A stretch of 63,793 nucleotides of DNA, the filler included, from Piptocephalis cylindrospora (taxonomy: Eukaryota): NCBI GenBank assembly GCA_003614145.1. It is 7 parts of 7 records of this genome, joined end to end, with 100 filler letters (N's around TTAATTAATTAA, not from the genome) between each part and the next. Parts side by side here need not be neighbours in the genome. Positions count along the whole stretch, not along the records: positions 54,813 to 63,793 come from KZ988115.1; 6 more parts are not named here. The stretch is one strand, 5' to 3'. The translations under genes were made by a program, and so were the position numbers. The notes under the pieces are model-generated. The model had not been told where the DNA came from. It saw nothing but the letters and a program-made list of their open reading frames with translations, and searched no databases. This document shows positions 58,611-63,793 of the stretch, piece after piece (the stretch's first letter is position 1; each line of letters begins with the position of its first letter).

Positions 58611-59192
58611 CTAGCCATAGCACCGGATGGGATCAGAGCAGGATTTCGCTGCGCTCTGTCCGGTCTTGGACTCGAGGTAGCGCTGATGATCGGACTCGGC
58701 AGGCCAAAAGGTCCCAGCCTCGAGGATCTGAGTGACAATGGGGAGGGATCGGGCGGAGGCCTTGAGATCCCTGGAAGCTCTGGCCTCCTGGGCTTGCTCA
58801 GGCGTGTGGGTGAAGATGGCAGAGCGGTACTGGCTACCCAGATCGGCCCCTTGACCATCGGCCTGGGTGGGATCGTGCTTGTCCCAAAAGACCTCGAGGA
58901 GCCGGCCATACGACACCTGATCCGGGTCATACTCGAGCTCGACGGCTTCGGCGTGACCCGTCTGGCCCGTGCACACCTCCTTGTACGTCGGGTGCTCCTT
59001 GGAGCCGCCTGTGTAACCCACACGCGTCGATAGGACACCGGGTTCACGCTGGTACACGAGCTCCACACTCCAGAAGCAGCCTGCAGCAAATGTGGCCAGT
59101 TGGCTGGGTGACATGGTGTGATTGAGGATGGGGGTGGAATGGGAGGAGGATGTGAATGAGCGAGCGAGAGAAGGGAGGAATCTCTGCATCAT
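58611..59192 (-). CDS. MXR1: Peptide methionine sulfoxide reductase MsrA with N-terminal transit-like extension
   Basis: [33 protein letters not shown]...[24 protein letters not shown]. Confidence 0.96.
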   Translation of the reverse strand: MMQRFLPSLARSFTSSSHSTPILNHTMSPSQLATFAAGCFWSVELVYQREPGVLSTRVGYTGGSKEHPTYKEVCTGQTGHAEAVELEYDPDQVSYGRLLEVFWDKHDPTQADGQGADLGSQYRSAIFTHTPEQAQEARASRDLKASARSLPIVTQILEAGTFWPAESDHQRYLESKTGQSAAKSCSDPIRCYG

Positions 59193-60238
59193 CTTGGCTT
59201 TTTATAATGGATATAAGGAGAGGGAGAGAGAGAAGGAGGGATAGATAGGGCTGGAGAAGGATGGATGACTCAACATGCGAGGGAAAGGACAAGCTATACC
59301 GAGAGGATGAGACATGTCTCTGACCCTTACCTGTTCTACTGGCCAGTCAAAGGGAGGATGGATGGATCACATCATGAACACGAGACACTGGTGGGGTATA
59401 GCACAGACTCGAGCAACGGGATGGCGTGCGTCCTTCTCGGGAGATAGAGAGGACGGCGTATGGGCTGGCCAATAGTCTGGTGTATCGCTGTTGAAATGGA
59501 TATTAAAAATGTGCAATAGTTAAATTCTACGCGCTTTATCCCACCATCCGTCAGAGGAGAGTCCCCATTTGCTCACTGATGGGAAGGGGGGACATCGCGG
59601 GGAAATTATGAGAATGTAGAGTTGCTTTGGGATGGAGAGATAGGACGAGAATCAATCTTGTGGATATTTTATTTTATTTTGTTTTATTCTATTTTATTAA
59701 TTTCGATCTGTCTGCTTGCCCCTCATCACCTTGATTCACTTGGACCATTCGATGGATCATCTGCACCGTTCTGGACTTACCATCAAGCACCAGATGACAG
59801 GGGATACTCTGCATCTTGAAAGGATTGAAAGCTGAATCTGGGGACTCCCCATCCCACTTTGTATAAGCAATGCATATGGCACACAGCGCACATCCCCATG
59901 GAACGGGCATGGCAGCAACGGGGGATTTGAACAGTGGACAATAGGGCTTAGCAGACGAAGGTTAGGCGATAGACAGCGGATGCATGGATGGGAGATAGGG
60001 TGCGGATAGGGTTGATACACAATCGAGATAGGGTTGACATGGTCGGAATAAGGTCGAAATACAGTCGGATAGAGTCAAATCATGGTCGACACCAGCTTAT
60101 CACCACACTACAGCCCCTCCTTGACAAGTGCTCCCTCACACAACGAACCCGCGCCGTCAAACCCTACGACCATCACGTCAACAAAGCACCCTTCCGATCC
60201 ACCCCGCCTCCCTTTCCCCTCCCTCCCCCATCATCACC

Positions 60239-62083
60239 ATGTCAGACCGAATCGAGGAATTCTCCAATATCCTTAGGTACCCTCACCTCGAAAAGGGAAA
60301 GTTGAGGATGGCCGAGTCGGGTCTAGGGTTCAAGCCGGCCGCTAGCCCGAATCAGCCGCAGCCGACGGTGTTTACCCTACGCACAGAGAACCTACGCGTC
60401 TGCCTTTGGCAAAGGGCCTCCATCGGCTTCCGTCTGCGTCTAGGCCTGGGGGACCGTACTATCGTGCTATTTGACGGATTTCGTCGCGAGGACTTTGACC
60501 GGGTCCAGGCTGCCATGAAGCGCTTCTACCGTCTGACCCTCGAGGCCCGCGAACCCTCGGTTCGCGGCTGGAATTGGGGCGAGGTCGAGGTCCAGTCCGA
60601 CTCGGTGGCCATGTCCATCCACAAACGACCCGTCTTTGACCTTCCCCTCTCCAAGCTCGCCTCCTCCCAGATCACCGGGAGAAACGAGATCTCCCTCGAA
60701 TTCACCCCCGTCCACACCGACTCCCACTTTATGGGCGATGAGCTCATCGAGACTCGCCTATACATGACCGGGTCCTCCGGCCTTCGACCCTCCCAGTTGG
60801 AGGGGGCCAAGGACAAGCCCGAATCCGCCGATGACGAGGAGGGTGAGGTCAGTAAGGTCGAGGCCTTTAACGAGGACGTCAAGCGCAAGGCCGATCTCGG
60901 TCAAGCCATGGGCGATGTCCTTCTCTCCTTCCCCGAAACCCTCTTCCTTACCCCCCGTGGTCGTTATGATGTGGATGTCTTTTCCGCCTTTATTCGTCTT
61001 CGAGGCAAGACCTACGATTACAAGCTCCCCTACACCGGCATTCATCGTATCTTTGAGGCCCACAAGCCCGATGATCTTCACGTCTACCTAACCGTAAGTC
61101 CCTGCACCGACGGCACCCTCAATCACCCTACTCACCCATCCCCCTCCTAGGTCGGGGTGGAACCGGCGGTCAGACAAGGTCAAACCCGATACCCTTATCT
61201 TGTCCTTCAGTTTGCAAAGGATGAACTCAGTGACGTTCAGATGAATTTAGAAAAGTACGTGTTGGGTCTGTTTTCAGATACGGCACTTTGATCTTTTTCC
61301 ACTCATCTCCCTCTCCCCGGTCAGAGACCAATTAGGAGAGTACAATCTGGAGCCGTCGTACGATGGGGAATTCGCCCATGATGCCATCCGAAAGGTCCTT
61401 GAGGTCATGACCAAGAAGAAGACCCACCAGGGCGGGACGGTCTTTCAAAGGTACCTTTCCCTGCTCCCTTTCATCTGCCCTTCTCCCCCTCCCCCTCACC
61501 TCTCTATCCTTCCCCTCTTCCCACTTCATCCTATAGTGTCGATCATCACGATGGTCTCAAGAGCTCCCACAAGGCAAATGAAGGCTTCCTCTTCCCAATG
61601 GAATCCCACCTTGTCTTCCTCCCTAAACCGCCCATCATCTTGAGTCACAAGGAGGTGGGGAACGTGGTGTTTATGCGCGCTGATTCAGCACTGACATCCA
61701 GTGCGAGGACATTTGACCTCAAGATCAACCTTCGGAACGGCAACGAACACATCTTCTCCAACATCTCCAAGGAAGAGCATCCTCCTTTGGTCGCGTACAT
61801 GCGCAATCGAGGGATCAAGGTGGTGAAGGACCTGTCGGAATCGGCCGATGTTCGTGGCACGGTCAATTACGCGGAATCCTCCGAAGAGGACGTCATGTCC
61901 ATCTCCTCCGAGGAAGACACGGGTGGACGGTCCAAGGCAAGGGGTGTTCCCATGGGCGGGGACGAGGAGGAGGACGAGGAGGAGGACGAGGACTTTGTCC
62001 CTGGTAAGGCTGGAGACAGCGACGTGGGCGAGGAGTACGATGAGAACTTCCAAGAAAGCGAGGACGAGGATGCGATGGAGTAA
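60239..62083 (+). CDS. POB3: FACT complex subunit Pob3/SSRP1, 4 exons
   Basis: LFDGF, RGWNWGE, NEISLEF, LTPRGRYDVDVF..FIRLRGKTYDYK, P.VRQGQTRYP.LVLQF, KANEGFLFP, FLPKPPI, RTFDL, FSNISKEE, and an acidic tail with no HMG box. Confidence 0.96.
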
Positions 62084-63532
62084 TGGGCCCTACTCCTGAG
62101 AATGGACTGAGAATGAAGGAGGAGCGGTTTGTCATCCATAGTGCCTATTCCATTGTTGCCATGTACGACGAGGATGCGTCATAAAGTGCAGATTTCATGC
62201 GGTCCTTGATCTTGTTCCTCACCCTCTCTCCTGGCATGCATACGATTCATTCTCCTCTGTACAAGCCTCCATGACGCAGTATACATCTTGGTGACCCGAG
62301 TAGGCCACGGGGTCTTACCAAACCCACCCTTTTTCCCTGATTTCTCCTACTGACATGAACCTCATACCCTTTCCTCCTCTTACTGATATGAATGCTACAT
62401 GCTCCTTGTCCTCCTCCTGCTGATAGGAGCGCGCGGCTACATTCTCCTCCTCCTCCTGATATCACATGAGCGGTGCGATTCCAAGGGTCATGAATGTGGT
62501 AAAGCAAGGAGGATCTCCGCTATCTTTCTCTATTTGTGTCTGTCCGTCTGCGTATGTCTACAATGAGAAGGGATGGGATGATCTCTGATCCACCACCCCC
62601 CTTCCTCTCTTTCTCTCTCTCTCTCTCTCCCTCTCTCTGTCCAAGGGTAAAAGTGTCTTGGCACTCTGTGTTCAGGTCATTTTCCTTGACTGCTCCTCCG
62701 TCCCTTCGGGTCCTTTCTTGATGCTCATTCTTTTTAGTTTTTTTGTGCCCAGAAAAAAGACTGCTCTGTGTGTGTATTGCACAGTCGATCCCTCTTTTTC
62801 CCCCTCACACACACACACACACACACACAACCCCTCTCTCTGTGTAGGAGAGGTGTACAAGAGATGTAATACGCGTCTATCCCCGCAACGCCTCATACTT
62901 CCTTGGATAAGACGCAGTCTACGAGGTTCTCACACTTCCCCTGATCAGTCTTGTAGGGCAACTCCATTGTATTTTTCTTGCAGAGACGTCTTTTTTTTTT
63001 CCTGTTCCTCCTTTTCCATCTTTCTCCCACACACATTCCCCATTTCCCCTCATCTGCATTACTCCTACTACCAACTACGGAGTTGAGCAGGATTTAAACC
63101 GCCTTCAACGGATACGGATGGCATGGTGTTCATGGATGGAGGGAGAGAGGGATGTGCACATCTCTTGACCCTTTGTCTCCTCCCTCCCCCCGTCCACACT
63201 GTCTCTGATGTGTGTGTGTGTGTGTTCGCAGCAGGCAACGACATGGATGAAAAAGAGAAAGGGACCAGTCTCCCTGTGTTCTCCACCCCTTTCCCCCAGC
63301 GCTTACCCCCACCCGCCACCGCCATTAAGCCCCGCACTATCAGCTCTAGGCCTCTCAGTCTCTTCTCCGATAGGAGGAGAAAGGAAGAAAAGGGGCAAGC
63401 CCCTCCTCCCATACACGTACACATAGTACAGCAGAATGACTGAGCTGAGCAAGACTTGTCTCAACCCCACCATCACCAAGCCCCCCGCTCCTACTCATCA
63501 TCCGTGTGCCGCTGCTGCTCTGTCCATATTGA

Positions 63533-63535
<3 letters not shown>

Positions 63536-63573
<38 letters not shown>

Positions 63574-63742
63574 GGCCCCATTCCCTTGACCCACCATCCC
63601 ATAGTATGCCACACATACATACTGGTGTCAACCTTGTATGTGTGTGTGTGTGTGTATCTCCCCCCTCTCTCTACATATGCCCTCTCTCTCCCTTTTTTAA
63701 AAGCAGGACTGCCCTTCTGCCTCCTCTTCCGCAACATCCCTC

Positions 63743-63777
<35 letters not shown>

Positions 63778-63793
63778 CCCCCCCCCCCCCCCC
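63536..63793 (+). repeat. (CA)n and (TG)n microsatellites and terminal poly-C tract
   Basis: Read directly from the sequence; the contig ends in a C homopolymer. Confidence 0.9.

Noticed and set aside
59060..59090. Possible selenocysteine MsrA
   Set aside because: The active site is GCFW, encoded by TGC; no TGA.

Overview
Eukaryotic fungal genomic DNA with short GT-AG introns and compact gene spacing. The gene set suggests an early-diverging lineage, possibly a Zoopagomycota or Piptocephalis-like mycoparasite; this is an inference only. The window is not one locus. It is seven ~9 kb contigs (1-9087, 9188-18269, 18370-27396, 27497-36512, 36613-45616, 45717-54712, 54813-63793) joined by identical 100-bp N/TTAATTAATTAA/N linkers in descending length order, so synteny across linkers is meaningless. 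Recognisable genes: MAPEG/MGST3, p23/SBA1, PCC1 (missed by the ORF track), LDB17/SPIN90, MED13, DNA2, RasGEF, DUS1, DUF202, PEX14-family, RACK1/ASC1 with an intronic U24 snoRNA, group III histidine kinase (NIK1), a Ser/Thr kinase, DUF4112, two tandem 7TM GPCR-like genes, MED20, a 7TM-RGS protein, EDEM/GH47, RAD3/XPD, a bacterial-type CAP protein, MsrA and POB3. There are also several orphan secreted proteins and a decayed LINE. The best novelty candidate is a GC-rich island encoding a preprotoxin-like secreted protein with Kex2-type sites and a long structured 3' region, abutting a LINE remnant. Other candidates: a U24 snoRNA with a changed second guide, an intron splitting a start codon, a single-base frameshift in NIK1, and an in-frame TGA between RasGEF and an orphan exon.
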